A DNA stretch of 64,000 nt from a phage. Of this stretch, positions 8,852 through 18,061 are shown piece after piece. A program made the position numbers and the translations under genes. The notes beneath the pieces were generated by a model. It was not told the DNA's origin. It worked only from the letters and a program-made list of their open reading frames with translations, and did not search any database. The DNA lies in the sequence record PX393108.1; one strand, given 5' to 3'. The first letter of the stretch is position 1; each line of letters starts with the position of its first letter.

Positions 8852-9302
8852 AATCCACCACTATCAAATCAATATCAGGAGTAAACATGTCGATTAATTT
8901 AGAAACCTTATCCCAATCACCGCCAGCAATACCACAACCTATGCGTGGAATATAAATTACTGGTTTAAACAAAAGGGTCTCTGCCTGTAGATTTAATTCT
9001 ATCATGCAATTTACTAAAGCACCATAATCAAGATTAGGACCCGGTTCGTATTGCGTATACAGGTTATAGCATATACCAAATCCCGTAGGACTATGTTTAA
9101 AAACAATAGACATATCGCCTAATTTATCGCGAGAACCGTACTCGGTAGTAGTTTTATCTATTTCTAAAATTTTGGGATAGGCTCTTGCTAATTGACCTGC
9201 CACACCTGAACCCATAGTATGAAAGCAGTTGCACCCGTGCGCAATAATATTACCTTGAAGAAATAGGGCGACAATATCGCCCTTGATATATTTTACAATC
9301 AT
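8823..9302 (-). CDS. macro domain protein (TARG1/OARD1/DarG-like ADP-ribose hydrolase fold)
   Basis: 159 aa; KGDIVALFLQGNIIAHGCNCFHTMGSGVAGQLA and IPRIGCGIAGGDW fit macro-domain ligand-binding loops. Confidence 0.65.
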   Translation of the reverse strand: MIVKYIKGDIVALFLQGNIIAHGCNCFHTMGSGVAGQLARAYPKILEIDKTTTEYGSRDKLGDMSIVFKHSPTGFGICYNLYTQYEPGPNLDYGALVNCMIELNLQAETLLFKPVIYIPRIGCGIAGGDWDKVSKLIDMFTPDIDLIVVDYESTLPASV

Positions 9303-9640
9303 CTAGTACTCAATCCTCGATTATAAGAATCTACCAAACGGTCAACCATTGAATGACAAGCGGCTTTATCTTTCTCCTCCGCAACTGAACATTCTAAGGT
9401 ATTCCACTTTTTAGCATATCGTTTTAATAAAGTATCGTTCTTGTATCTGCTTGATTTATCTCTTTCTCCGTCTTTATATGCATATATTAATTTCTGCGCA
9501 AATTCAGCTTGGCATGCTTTATTTTTCCCGCAATAATCCGCGGCAGTACGGTTTACATACTCTCTAATTTCAGTATATGATGTATTTGCTAACGCAGAAA
9601 ATGAAATTAATCCTATACATAAAACCAAAATTTTAGTCAT
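9299..9640 (-). CDS. secreted small Cys-containing protein (signal peptide)
   Basis: 113 aa; N-terminal MTKILVLCIGLISFSALA then four Cys. Confidence 0.55.
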   Translation of the reverse strand: MTKILVLCIGLISFSALANTSYTEIREYVNRTAADYCGKNKACQAEFAQKLIYAYKDGERDKSSRYKNDTLLKRYAKKWNTLECSVAEEKDKAACHSMVDRLVDSYNRGLSTR

Positions 9641-10178
9641 TTACTATTTCCAAAAGTTTATTATTTTTAAGGTAGTTAGCCTTTTCTAGGACTTCAGAAG
9701 CATATTTAGAACCTGCTTTAACATTCCATCCCGAATTATAAGAGGATATAGCCTTTCTTATATCGCCCTTATGTATATTTAACCAATAAGAAAGTTCAAT
9801 GTACGCCCAGGAAGCTGAATTGGACCGTTTATTCAACATTCTTTTTATTTCGGCATCGGTCATATTATAACCAAGTTCCTTAACTCTTGCTCGCATAGTA
9901 GGCAAATAATTTTGGAACATTCCGTAGGCATGATGCTTTGGTTTAGATTTTAAATTAACTCCGGCAGAGCTTTCTTGCCATAAAATAGCAGCCATTATAT
10001 GACCTAATCCGCTCTTATGGATATTTTTGTGTGTTTTATATTTTCCATCCTTAGAAAATTGTTCCCCGAATTGATACGCGTAACGCATGTTATCGAGTTG
10101 GACATTACTGAAAGTATGCTCGGAGCTATGTGCCATCATTGAAATGGCCAATAGACCAGCGAGTAGTGCTTTTCTCAT
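9633..10178 (-). CDS. periplasmic soluble lytic transglycosylase-like protein (SLT domain)
   Basis: 181 aa; signal peptide MRKALLAGLLAISMMAHS; SLT motif AAILWQESSAG...YGMFQ. Confidence 0.65.
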   Translation of the reverse strand: MRKALLAGLLAISMMAHSSEHTFSNVQLDNMRYAYQFGEQFSKDGKYKTHKNIHKSGLGHIMAAILWQESSAGVNLKSKPKHHAYGMFQNYLPTMRARVKELGYNMTDAEIKRMLNKRSNSASWAYIELSYWLNIHKGDIRKAISSYNSGWNVKAGSKYASEVLEKANYLKNNKLLEIVND

Positions 10179-10185
10179 GCTTACC

Positions 10186-10647
10186 TCATTGAGTTTTAAT
10201 TACTGCTTTAGAAGCCTTTCCCGGTAAACGACGACTATTGATAATTGCCATCCTGCACTGAAGTGACGGGTCTTTGAACTTCGCATTAGGTTTACAAACT
10301 GTAAATCCAAGCCAAAGATTTCCATCTGTGATTTCTAAACGCCCAGGACGATATTCAACCCCATCAATAAAATCCTCGTCAATGTCAGGACGCGGAGGCA
10401 TACTCAGGAATTCATTAACTTCTAAAACATGGTCTTTTATTTTATGGAATAATTCAAAAACATATGTCTCATCAATCTCCCGTTGAATTGCACGATCAAG
10501 AAGATGCTGAGAATATTTTAGATGAAACGATGAGACCCCTGCTGCTTTTGATGCCTCACGAATCTCATTGTTAATTTGACGAAACTCCGACTCAAAGTGA
10601 CGACGGAGCTTATTTCGACGGATAAAAACTTCTGTGTTGATAGTCAT
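10186..10647 (-). CDS. regB: RegB site-specific endoribonuclease
   Basis: 153 aa; matches recalled T4 RegB sequence and size; preceded by early promoter. Confidence 0.8.
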   Translation of the reverse strand: MTINTEVFIRRNKLRRHFESEFRQINNEIREASKAAGVSSFHLKYSQHLLDRAIQREIDETYVFELFHKIKDHVLEVNEFLSMPPRPDIDEDFIDGVEYRPGRLEITDGNLWLGFTVCKPNAKFKDPSLQCRMAIINSRRLPGKASKAVIKTQ

Positions 10648-10674
10648 GTTATTCTCCTCTTAACTGATAGAAAA

Positions 10675-10703
10675 ATTATACCACAGTCAAGAGGAAAAGT
10701 AAA
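10675..10703 (-). promoter_or_regulatory. T4-type early promoter (TTTACT-17-TATAAT) for regB
   Basis: -10 TATAAT at 10675-10680, -35 at 10698-10703, SD AAGAGGAGAATAAC. Confidence 0.55.
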
Positions 10704-10706
10704 CAG

Positions 10707-10985
10707 TTATTCTTTAAATCTAATCAATTTATTCATAGACTTTGTAACTTCTGCACGAACCTCATGTAGGTTTTTGAGCTGTTCAAGACGTTGCTCATAG
10801 TAAGCAATTTCATCTTCTTCGAGACAGTCCTGTGAATCTTCTTTAAGATAACGTGCATAGTCCTGGAAAGCTTTACGGACTACTTCCTGGAAGTCATCAA
10901 GACTTTGAATTTTCTTAGGAGCAACAGATACACGACGAGGGGCAGTATAATACTCATAACCAAACCCTGCGCTTAATTGAGCCAT
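10707..10985 (-). CDS. hypothetical protein (start [13 protein letters not shown])
   Basis: 92 aa from internal ATG overlapping upstream stop. Confidence 0.45.
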   Translation of the reverse strand: MAQLSAGFGYEYYTAPRRVSVAPKKIQSLDDFQEVVRKAFQDYARYLKEDSQDCLEEDEIAYYEQRLEQLKNLHEVRAEVTKSMNKLIRFKE

Positions 10986-11251
10986 TAATATTTTTCCTCT
11001 GGTTGGAACACAGCACGACAAGCCCACATACTGGCTTCTTTGAGTTTCGTTTTAGCAATAGTTAACTGATCAAGACTTTCAGCATAATTCTTTGCGAATT
11101 CACAGTCTTCACAATTATCTAGTGCTTCCCAGAATTCATCATACAAAGCATCAAAGATAAGTCCTAAACGAACTTCAGCATCTTTGATAGCATTCACTTT
11201 ACCGATTTTCTCTTCAGTGTGCGGCTTATAACCCTTAATATCTTCAATCAT
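10985..11251 (-). CDS. hypothetical protein (88 aa)
   Basis: ORF in the position where vs.3/vs.4 lie in T4 as I recall; identity not verifiable from sequence. Confidence 0.45.
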   Translation of the reverse strand: MIEDIKGYKPHTEEKIGKVNAIKDAEVRLGLIFDALYDEFWEALDNCEDCEFAKNYAESLDQLTIAKTKLKEASMWACRAVFQPEEKY

Positions 11252-11465
11252 ATTCTACTTCCTCACCAGTACATAAATCATATTCAACTAAACGAATAGG
11301 TTCATGAATGCCATATCCCTGAACAGAAATTTCTGTCGTAGGATAAATTCCATCAATATCACCCATATTCCATGCTTCATTAAATTGCTGTTCGCCTGAA
11401 TTACTAAACCACTCGGCGAAAGCATTTAGCACATCTTTAGAACCTTCAATAATTATCTTTGCCAT
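11244..11465 (-). CDS. hypothetical protein (73 aa)
   Basis: ORF. Confidence 0.45.
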   Translation of the reverse strand: MAKIIIEGSKDVLNAFAEWFSNSGEQQFNEAWNMGDIDGIYPTTEISVQGYGIHEPIRLVEYDLCTGEEVEYD

Positions 11466-11839
11466 TACAGACTCTCGGTAAAGGTACGAGCGATAACGTC
11501 GCGCTGCTGTTCCGGAGTCAGAGAGTTAAAGCGAACTGCATAACCGGATACACGGATGGTCAGCTGCGGATATTTTTCCGGATGCTTAACTGCATCTTCC
11601 AGAGTTTCACGACGCAGAACGTTAACGTTCAGGTGTTGACCACCTTCAATTTTAACTGTAGGTTGTGTTTCAATTTCAATTTCACGGGCATGCAAACCGT
11701 AGAAAATTTCTGGGTCTACAAAAGAGTCCTCTTTAAAGGTTTTAGAGACAATAATTCGTGCTTGAATACCGTCTTCAAAATAAATAGTACCTTTATGCGT
11801 GCCTTCAAGAATTTGATATGCTTTCATATAACCTCTCAA
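11465..11839 (-). CDS. autonomous glycyl radical cofactor (GrcA/YfiD homologue)
   Basis: 124 aa; C-terminal half ...[63 protein letters not shown] carries the RVSGY glycyl-radical motif, near-identical to E. coli GrcA. Confidence 0.85.
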   Translation of the reverse strand: MRGYMKAYQILEGTHKGTIYFEDGIQARIIVSKTFKEDSFVDPEIFYGLHAREIEIETQPTVKIEGGQHLNVNVLRRETLEDAVKHPEKYPQLTIRVSGYAVRFNSLTPEQQRDVIARTFTESL

Positions 11840-12162
11840 TTAGAAAATAAATTTATCCAAGACTGTTCTTTAATTAAAAATGGCTCAGAATCATATGCCA
11901 TTAAACTTTGGGTGATTAGTCCTTTAAAAGGTCCATCAATAAATTCCATGGTAAAATATGGAATTTTATTCATTAATCTTGCATTAGGAGCAGTACACAA
12001 AACTCTGCATCCTTTGAATACGCCTTTTTGTAATTTGTATTGCTTAGGATAAAATTCGCTCAAGACGTTGTTATTTGCCAAAATTTCAAAATGATTCACC
12101 AATTTATTTTTAATAGTTTTTGGCGAAAAATAAAGATATTCGAAAAGTTGCGTATCTGTCAT
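11836..12162 (-). CDS. hypothetical protein (start likely [10 protein letters not shown])
   Basis: ORF; longer 12216 start would overlap upstream gene. Confidence 0.45.
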   Translation of the reverse strand: MTDTQLFEYLYFSPKTIKNKLVNHFEILANNNVLSEFYPKQYKLQKGVFKGCRVLCTAPNARLMNKIPYFTMEFIDGPFKGLITQSLMAYDSEPFLIKEQSWINLFSN

Positions 12163-12749
12163 CATTGCATCCCAATTACGAAAAACTGTGGACGAGTAAT
12201 ACCACCAATGCAACATTTACTATTGCAGCAGTGTTGCACAGTTTCAATATGAATATCGTAAATTTTATCCATATCAGGAGATTTAACAGGCTCATCAATT
12301 ATATACAAAATTCGTGAAAGCGATAAACCTCTGAACTTGCTACCTCTATTACCAACAAAACTACGGACAGAATCAGTAAATAAACGGAATCGAATATCAT
12401 CATTAGAATAACGTGAAAATTCTTTTTTAATGTGGCCCGCAGAAATTTTAGCGTAAGCTGAAGTATTAGAAAGAACAATAACTGTTCCACCGTCATACAA
12501 CCAATTAGCGGCAAAATTAGTTACTGCAGTTGATTTACCGGATTGACGTCCACCATCTAAACGAAGTGTGCAATACTGCTTAAGTAAGTCTTCAAATGGT
12601 GGGATATAATCGTTTTTACAAATTTCTTCTACTCTAGCATCAGAATGGTGTGTAAAAGCATTCATCAGGGATAGATAAGGACCAGTTAAAAATGTTCTCA
12701 TTTTATTCTCTCTAAATTTGGGCCATTCCATGGCGCATGAATTGTCCAT
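12162..12749 (-). CDS. small P-loop NTPase (Walker A GGRQSGKST, Walker B ILYIIDEP)
   Basis: 195 aa ORF with both Walker motifs. Confidence 0.55.
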   Translation of the reverse strand: MDNSCAMEWPKFRENKMRTFLTGPYLSLMNAFTHHSDARVEEICKNDYIPPFEDLLKQYCTLRLDGGRQSGKSTAVTNFAANWLYDGGTVIVLSNTSAYAKISAGHIKKEFSRYSNDDIRFRLFTDSVRSFVGNRGSKFRGLSLSRILYIIDEPVKSPDMDKIYDIHIETVQHCCNSKCCIGGITRPQFFVIGMQ

Positions 12750-12842
12750 TTCTGTATTTACCCATTACCGCACTTGGGCTCGACCTTATTACAGGTTGGC
12801 GGGAATCCCTCACAGAATCATGAGGTCCAGGTTGTTCCCATA

Positions 12843-13316
12843 TTATTTGAATGATTTGACGTACTGAATAGAACCTTTACTATTCACGAAAGCGATTTTA
12901 CCATTCTTATTATACATGGTAGCAGTACGCTGATAGCCATAAGTTTGCTTACCAGATTGATAACCAACTAATGCGAAATTATCTTCACCCATTTTATTCT
13001 GTTTAGCACGAATACGTTCATGACCGTGTGCCATAAGAACCTTAGCATCACCAGTTGAAATTGATCTACGAGTTTTTTCATCTTCAACTGTATTAACAAA
13101 GTCGTCAAATGAATCAAATTTAGCATGGGATTTATTATACAGTTTTCCATCTACTGCATAATTATATCCCTGTACATCCATCTCAACTTCTGTACCATCA
13201 TCCAATACAGCAGTGATTTTTTGACCTTTTTTAAATTTCAAAAGATCAGTAAAAGATTCAGCAATAATTTGAGAATTAATAGCTGCTTCAGTAATAAATT
13301 CTTGATATGTTTTCAT
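12843..13316 (-). CDS. internal protein (IPIII-like), N-terminal capsid targeting sequence MKTYQEFITE
   Basis: 157 aa; first 10 aa match the T4 IP capsid-targeting sequence with gp21-type L/I-x-E cleavage site. Confidence 0.7.
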   Translation of the reverse strand: MKTYQEFITEAAINSQIIAESFTDLLKFKKGQKITAVLDDGTEVEMDVQGYNYAVDGKLYNKSHAKFDSFDDFVNTVEDEKTRRSISTGDAKVLMAHGHERIRAKQNKMGEDNFALVGYQSGKQTYGYQRTATMYNKNGKIAFVNSKGSIQYVKSFK

Positions 13317-13330
13317 GTGTATCCTTTAAT

Positions 13331-13648
13331 TTATTCTTTAGGGAAGTTTTTAGAATATGCATCATAAAGCTTATTTCCAATACGGCGGAAAACTCTAGCC
13401 GCAAAACGATTTTCTGGGTTTTTAATCATGATTTGCATCATATAAGTACCCGCGTCAGAAAGAGCTTCTTCATAGTACCCATTAATTTCTTTAAGAGTCC
13501 TACGTTTACCACCAGGACCATCAACAGTAATTTTCCATTTACCTGTAGAAGTGCGGCTCGGTGGCTCAACTTGTTCAATCCAAATATAACCTCCTTCTAC
13601 ACGTTGTCCTTGGGCAGATTCTGCAATAAATTCTTTATACGTTTTCAT
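13331..13648 (-). CDS. internal protein (IPII-like), CTS MKTYKEFIAE
   Basis: 105 aa; CTS motif. Confidence 0.7.
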   Translation of the reverse strand: MKTYKEFIAESAQGQRVEGGYIWIEQVEPPSRTSTGKWKITVDGPGGKRRTLKEINGYYEEALSDAGTYMMQIMIKNPENRFAARVFRRIGNKLYDAYSKNFPKE

Positions 13649-13657
13649 ATGTTTCCT

Positions 13658-14074
13658 TTAAATGTAAATATTTTTGCCGTAATACTTGTACCAGTGTGGC
13701 TTTATTAAAATTTTTTCATCGAGTCGTTGTTGACTCAATTTAATAGCTGATTTGCATGGATTATAATCATTTTTCCATTCTGCTGGAATATCGCTGATGT
13801 CGGGAACTTCAGTATCTTTTATACTAAACCCACGTTTTAAGCATTCCGTTATAATGTCTGATTGACGCTTTCGCAAAAATTCTAACTTATCGTAAAAGAA
13901 CGTAACATGACCAGAACCTAAAATAAACTCGGAAGATATTTTAAAATCTTTAACCCGCTTACCATTTGCCACGTGTTTACGAACTATACCAAAAACACGT
14001 GGCAATTCACGGTATTCTGCGATTAAATGCTGATCAGCAAGTTCAGATACTAAAGTCAAATTAATACGAGTCAT
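13658..14074 (-). CDS. denV: endonuclease V (pyrimidine-dimer DNA glycosylase)
   Basis: 138 aa; [17 protein letters not shown]...WYKYYGK matches recalled T4 DenV. Confidence 0.9.
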   Translation of the reverse strand: MTRINLTLVSELADQHLIAEYRELPRVFGIVRKHVANGKRVKDFKISSEFILGSGHVTFFYDKLEFLRKRQSDIITECLKRGFSIKDTEVPDISDIPAEWKNDYNPCKSAIKLSQQRLDEKILIKPHWYKYYGKNIYI

Positions 14075-14099
14075 TTTATCCCTCCAAGTAACTGTGAAT

Positions 14100-14128
14100 A
14101 TACTATCACAGTTTTAGGAGAAAGTAAA
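14100..14128 (-). promoter_or_regulatory. T4-type early promoter (TTTACT-17-TAGTAT) for denV
   Basis: Conserved cassette upstream of denV start. Confidence 0.5.
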
Positions 14129-14133
14129 CAACT

Positions 14134-14664
<531 letters not shown>

Positions 14665-15120
14665 TTAAAAGAGGCTGTTCATTATTCGGTAAAGTGAAGG
14701 ACCCATCACATATTGCCACTGAGTACGAGGAATAAGAGCAAAAGCATCCATCTCTGGAATCATAACGCCATCTTTATTTTCAAAATAAGACTCACAACGG
14801 CAATTTCTGAACATCTCATGCTCTACTGGAATCGTATAATAAAATAACTGTAAGTCTTTATTACTAGAATATTTAAATACACCTAGGTCTTCTAGAAGGT
14901 CTGGATTATAATTGTTAAAACCAGTCTCTTCTGAGCATTCTCTTCGTGCTGCATCTAATGCGCTTAAATCAGAATTTTCTACACGCCCCTTTGGAATATC
15001 CCAGCGATGTGCCATCATTCCAGGCTTACGAGAACCAGTAACTCGTCCCATAAATAAATCTTTATCTTCTGTCATAAAGATAATACCAGCTGATAATGTT
15101 TTCATTTTAATTTCCTGCAT
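14665..15120 (-). CDS. nudE: Nudix hydrolase NudE
   Basis: 151 aa; Nudix box GRVENSDLSALDAARRECSEETGF; downstream of e as in T4; alternative start at 15105. Confidence 0.85.
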   Translation of the reverse strand: MQEIKMKTLSAGIIFMTEDKDLFMGRVTGSRKPGMMAHRWDIPKGRVENSDLSALDAARRECSEETGFNNYNPDLLEDLGVFKYSSNKDLQLFYYTIPVEHEMFRNCRCESYFENKDGVMIPEMDAFALIPRTQWQYVMGPSLYRIMNSLF

Positions 15121-15590
15121 TCAGTGATAAAGTTATTTAAATTTTGAGTATATTTCTTTTCATCAAAAATCTTTTGTTGTCTGCGTAGCCGCCATGGCAT
15201 TTCAATGAACGCGTACCATATCCCAGATAATATTGCTGCTGTAAAAATATTAACAAGTATGGTTAAAATAATCCAATCTCCCGTTCTGCCTACTGGACTT
15301 TCTCCAAAGAAGCAAAATACAAATGATGTCACAGGAAAACTAATAATGTACCACAGAATCATAATTTTATCTGTGAACCAATCAGCGTTCGTTAATTTAG
15401 CGCGACCATTATGAATACACACGAATTTATCATCTGTTGCAGTAGATGGCTTAACTGGTTGATATCCCATTCTAAACTCCCTAATTAATCGTTTCTTTGT
15501 ATCTTCAGAACAGCCGCTCCAGTCAACTCTATCGACTGAAATGCCATCGTCCCCATCATCTAAATCATACCAGCGAGTTTTTAAAATCAT
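15102..15590 (-). CDS. membrane protein, member of tandem array (C-terminal ...FITECRKLK)
   Basis: 162 aa; two hydrophobic helices in C-terminal half. Confidence 0.55.
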   Translation of the reverse strand: MILKTRWYDLDDGDDGISVDRVDWSGCSEDTKKRLIREFRMGYQPVKPSTATDDKFVCIHNGRAKLTNADWFTDKIMILWYIISFPVTSFVFCFFGESPVGRTGDWIILTILVNIFTAAILSGIWYAFIEMPWRLRRQQKIFDEKKYTQNLNNFITECRKLK

Positions 15591-15949
15591 TTAATTTTCC
15601 TACAATCACTCACAAACTCTTCCATTGATTCATTTTCAATATAAGACATGTAGTTATTATATTCTTTTAATTGTATTTTGTAATCCTTTTTTCTTTGCCA
15701 ATTTATTTTAAAATTATCATAATGAAAATATAGCATGGTACCAAAGAATGAAAATAATGTAATCGCTATAGTAAAACGAAGTTCACTCCAAACCTCTGTT
15801 ATAATTGCTGAACCATCGATGTTTAAAATAATACAGTCAATTAACAATCCAATAAGACTACCAGCAAGAGCTGCAAATACTGACACGGCAAGAATTAATA
15901 GTGCCTCGGGAAACGAATATTTGACTTTATTTAGTTTTGGCTTTTGCAT
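15587..15949 (-). CDS. membrane protein, member of tandem array (C-terminal ...EFVSDCRKIK)
   Basis: 120 aa; two or three hydrophobic helices; ATGA overlap with next gene. Confidence 0.55.
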   Translation of the reverse strand: MQKPKLNKVKYSFPEALLILAVSVFAALAGSLIGLLIDCIILNIDGSAIITEVWSELRFTIAITLFSFFGTMLYFHYDNFKINWQRKKDYKIQLKEYNNYMSYIENESMEEFVSDCRKIK

Positions 15950-16323
15950 CGTGATTCCTTAACAAATTTCATAATTTCATTAAATTCATACTCAGCAAGT
16001 TTAAGCTGGTGTTCCTTTTTAATCTTTTTACACTGTGCTTTCCAATCACGTACACGTTTACGATAATGTCTTCCTTGATACCAATATCCTATCCAATTTA
16101 CAGGTACTAATAAAAGTGGAACTATTAATGGAAGAATTAGCATTAACACAAGTATTTCGCCAGAATCAATATCAGTCATAACATCTAAAACACCTCCAAT
16201 AATCAATAGAATTACAAATGATATGAGTATAACAGGACCTATTAATACATCAGTAGGAATTAGCTGACGCTTTAGTTCATACTTCACAGGTTTACTTGGA
16301 AGGTATAGTGATGGCTTTGACAT
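15931..16323 (-). CDS. membrane protein, member of tandem array (start MSKPSLY)
   Basis: about 130 aa; hydrophobic helices; start after SD AAGGAATGTAGAGAAT. Confidence 0.55.
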   Translation of the reverse strand: MSKPSLYLPSKPVKYELKRQLIPTDVLIGPVILISFVILLIIGGVLDVMTDIDSGEILVLMLILPLIVPLLLVPVNWIGYWYQGRHYRKRVRDWKAQCKKIKKEHQLKLAEYEFNEIMKFVKESRCKSQN

Positions 16324-16897
16324 ATTCTCTACATTCCTTAACAAATTTTTCTAATAATAAATCGCTTTCAAAATTAGGATTTTCCACGAATTTATCAAAA
16401 AGATCATCAACGATAGTTAAGATATTCTTTTTACTAAGAATACGCTTATTTTCATATTTTGTTTCAGAGTCAACTATAAGAGTAAAGAAATATTTCTTTC
16501 CCTGAAATTTTACCGTAGTATCAATATAGAACAAATTTGACTTTTGTAAATTACGTTTAAACCATGCGTCACTTAAACTGTAAACGCCAAGATAATCATA
16601 ATCGTCATTTAAATAACAAACTGTCCATTCAGGAGAAATGAAATCAGTAAATTCAACATCAAAATCACACGTCAATGAATGAATTGATTCAATACTTTTA
16701 ATGAGTATTCCAGGACGTATTAAAGACTTTTTACCTTTATAAAATCCAGAAAGACTTTCATCAGTTTCATATGAAGACCCCCAATAGTAATTACGTCCTT
16801 CTGCCATACGTTTAAGAGCATTTAGTAATTGGTCTGGAACATCAATCTGTCTTTGGAACTCTTCAAACATTGAATTGAAATCACTTTGCATTTTCAT
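16292..16897 (-). CDS. hypothetical soluble protein heading the tandem array (C-terminal ...KFVKECREYVKAI)
   Basis: 201 aa ORF. Confidence 0.5.
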   Translation of the reverse strand: MKMQSDFNSMFEEFQRQIDVPDQLLNALKRMAEGRNYYWGSSYETDESLSGFYKGKKSLIRPGILIKSIESIHSLTCDFDVEFTDFISPEWTVCYLNDDYDYLGVYSLSDAWFKRNLQKSNLFYIDTTVKFQGKKYFFTLIVDSETKYENKRILSKKNILTIVDDLFDKFVENPNFESDLLLEKFVKECREYVKAITIPSK

Positions 16898-16918
16898 TCC
16901 TATTTACTCCAAGTAATA

Positions 16919-16932
16919 GGGGCCGAAGCCCC
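16919..16932 (-). terminator. GC hairpin with UUCG-type tetraloop (terminator or RNA-stability element)
   Basis: GGGGC-CGAA-GCCCC immediately after the 16939 stop. Confidence 0.4.
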
Positions 16933-16938
16933 TTATCA

Positions 16939-17532
16939 TTATTTCAGAGAATTAATGTATTCCTGAACATCGGCAGAGGTAGTTTCAACCCCGGAAATAT
17001 TACCGTTAAAGGTTTCAACTCGAGCAAGGGTATCTTCAATATCAACCTTAGTCAGTGCTGCAATTTCAACTACATCATCGGCAGTACTAATTCCAAGAGC
17101 ATTTGCCGCACGAGTTTCACGGATATATTCCAATTTAACCGCAAGTTCTTGGCGAGCATCATCTAACTCAACTACTTTCTTGGCGATTTCAATTCGCATT
17201 TCAGCATAACCGTCAGCTTTAGTAGTCAACTGCTCAGCTGTTCGACGATATAGCAAACCGAGTTTAGCATGCATTGTTACATCTTGACCTTCGGAAAGAA
17301 GTTTACGAATTTCACGCTCTTTTGATTCGGCCTGTCGATTCTTTTCGATAACAAGTTCACGAATACGTTTTTCTTCATTAATAGATTTAATAGAAGCAGT
17401 TTTTAGATCTTTAATTTTATCAAGTAATTTTGCTGCTGCAGCAGTATACTGTTCTTCGACAGATAGATTTTTAGCCATAGCAGAACCAAGTTTAGTGCGA
17501 ATAAACTCAACAATTTTCTTCAGTGTGTTCAT
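16939..17532 (-). CDS. coiled-coil protein (possibly PspA/IM30-like, speculative)
   Basis: 197 aa, strongly helical heptad-like composition; preceded by perfect early promoter. Confidence 0.5.
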   Translation of the reverse strand: MNTLKKIVEFIRTKLGSAMAKNLSVEEQYTAAAAKLLDKIKDLKTASIKSINEEKRIRELVIEKNRQAESKEREIRKLLSEGQDVTMHAKLGLLYRRTAEQLTTKADGYAEMRIEIAKKVVELDDARQELAVKLEYIRETRAANALGISTADDVVEIAALTKVDIEDTLARVETFNGNISGVETTSADVQEYINSLK

Positions 17533-17574
17533 AGTATTTCCTTAGGTTAATTGAGATTTAAAATCCGTTGGAGT

Positions 17575-17603
17575 ATTATATCTTGTTCTCCGAGGGATGT
17601 AAA
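17575..17603 (-). promoter_or_regulatory. T4-type early promoter (TTTACA-17-TATAAT)
   Basis: Perfect -10 TATAAT, 17 nt spacer, -35 TTTACA. Confidence 0.55.
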
Positions 17604-17607
17604 CATG

Positions 17608-18006
17608 CTATTTCATTTTTGCGAGACAGATTTCGTTGGCTTCCCATTGAGCTTGCTTAATAATAGCTTTGGATACAGGAACCTTTTGACCATAAGTTTT
17701 TGATGTTGAGAGAACAATATATTTGTTTGCCTCATTATGCCAACCCCATGATTTTTCACCATGAGTACCTTTAACTACAGCTGACACCTCAACAGAACAA
17801 CCATCAGCTCCAATCTTGGTATCCACAATCCATTCATTTCTCTCGGCAGCTTCATTTTCCGACCTCATTTTTTCTTCATACACGGCGGCCCAATCAGTTT
17901 TTGTCAAGCTTAAACTAAGAGCTTTCTCTAATTCTTTGGCAGCTTTTTGTTGTTCGGGTGTTAATGAATTATATAACTCTCGCATTTCTTTATCTTCAAT
18001 ATTCAT
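17608..18006 (-). CDS. hypothetical protein
   Basis: 132 aa ORF. Confidence 0.5.
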   Translation of the reverse strand: MNIEDKEMRELYNSLTPEQQKAAKELEKALSLSLTKTDWAAVYEEKMRSENEAAERNEWIVDTKIGADGCSVEVSAVVKGTHGEKSWGWHNEANKYIVLSTSKTYGQKVPVSKAIIKQAQWEANEICLAKMK

Positions 18007-18061
18007 TATGTTCTCCTCAAGTTACAGGCTCATAATATCTCAATCATGAGCCTGTGTAAAC

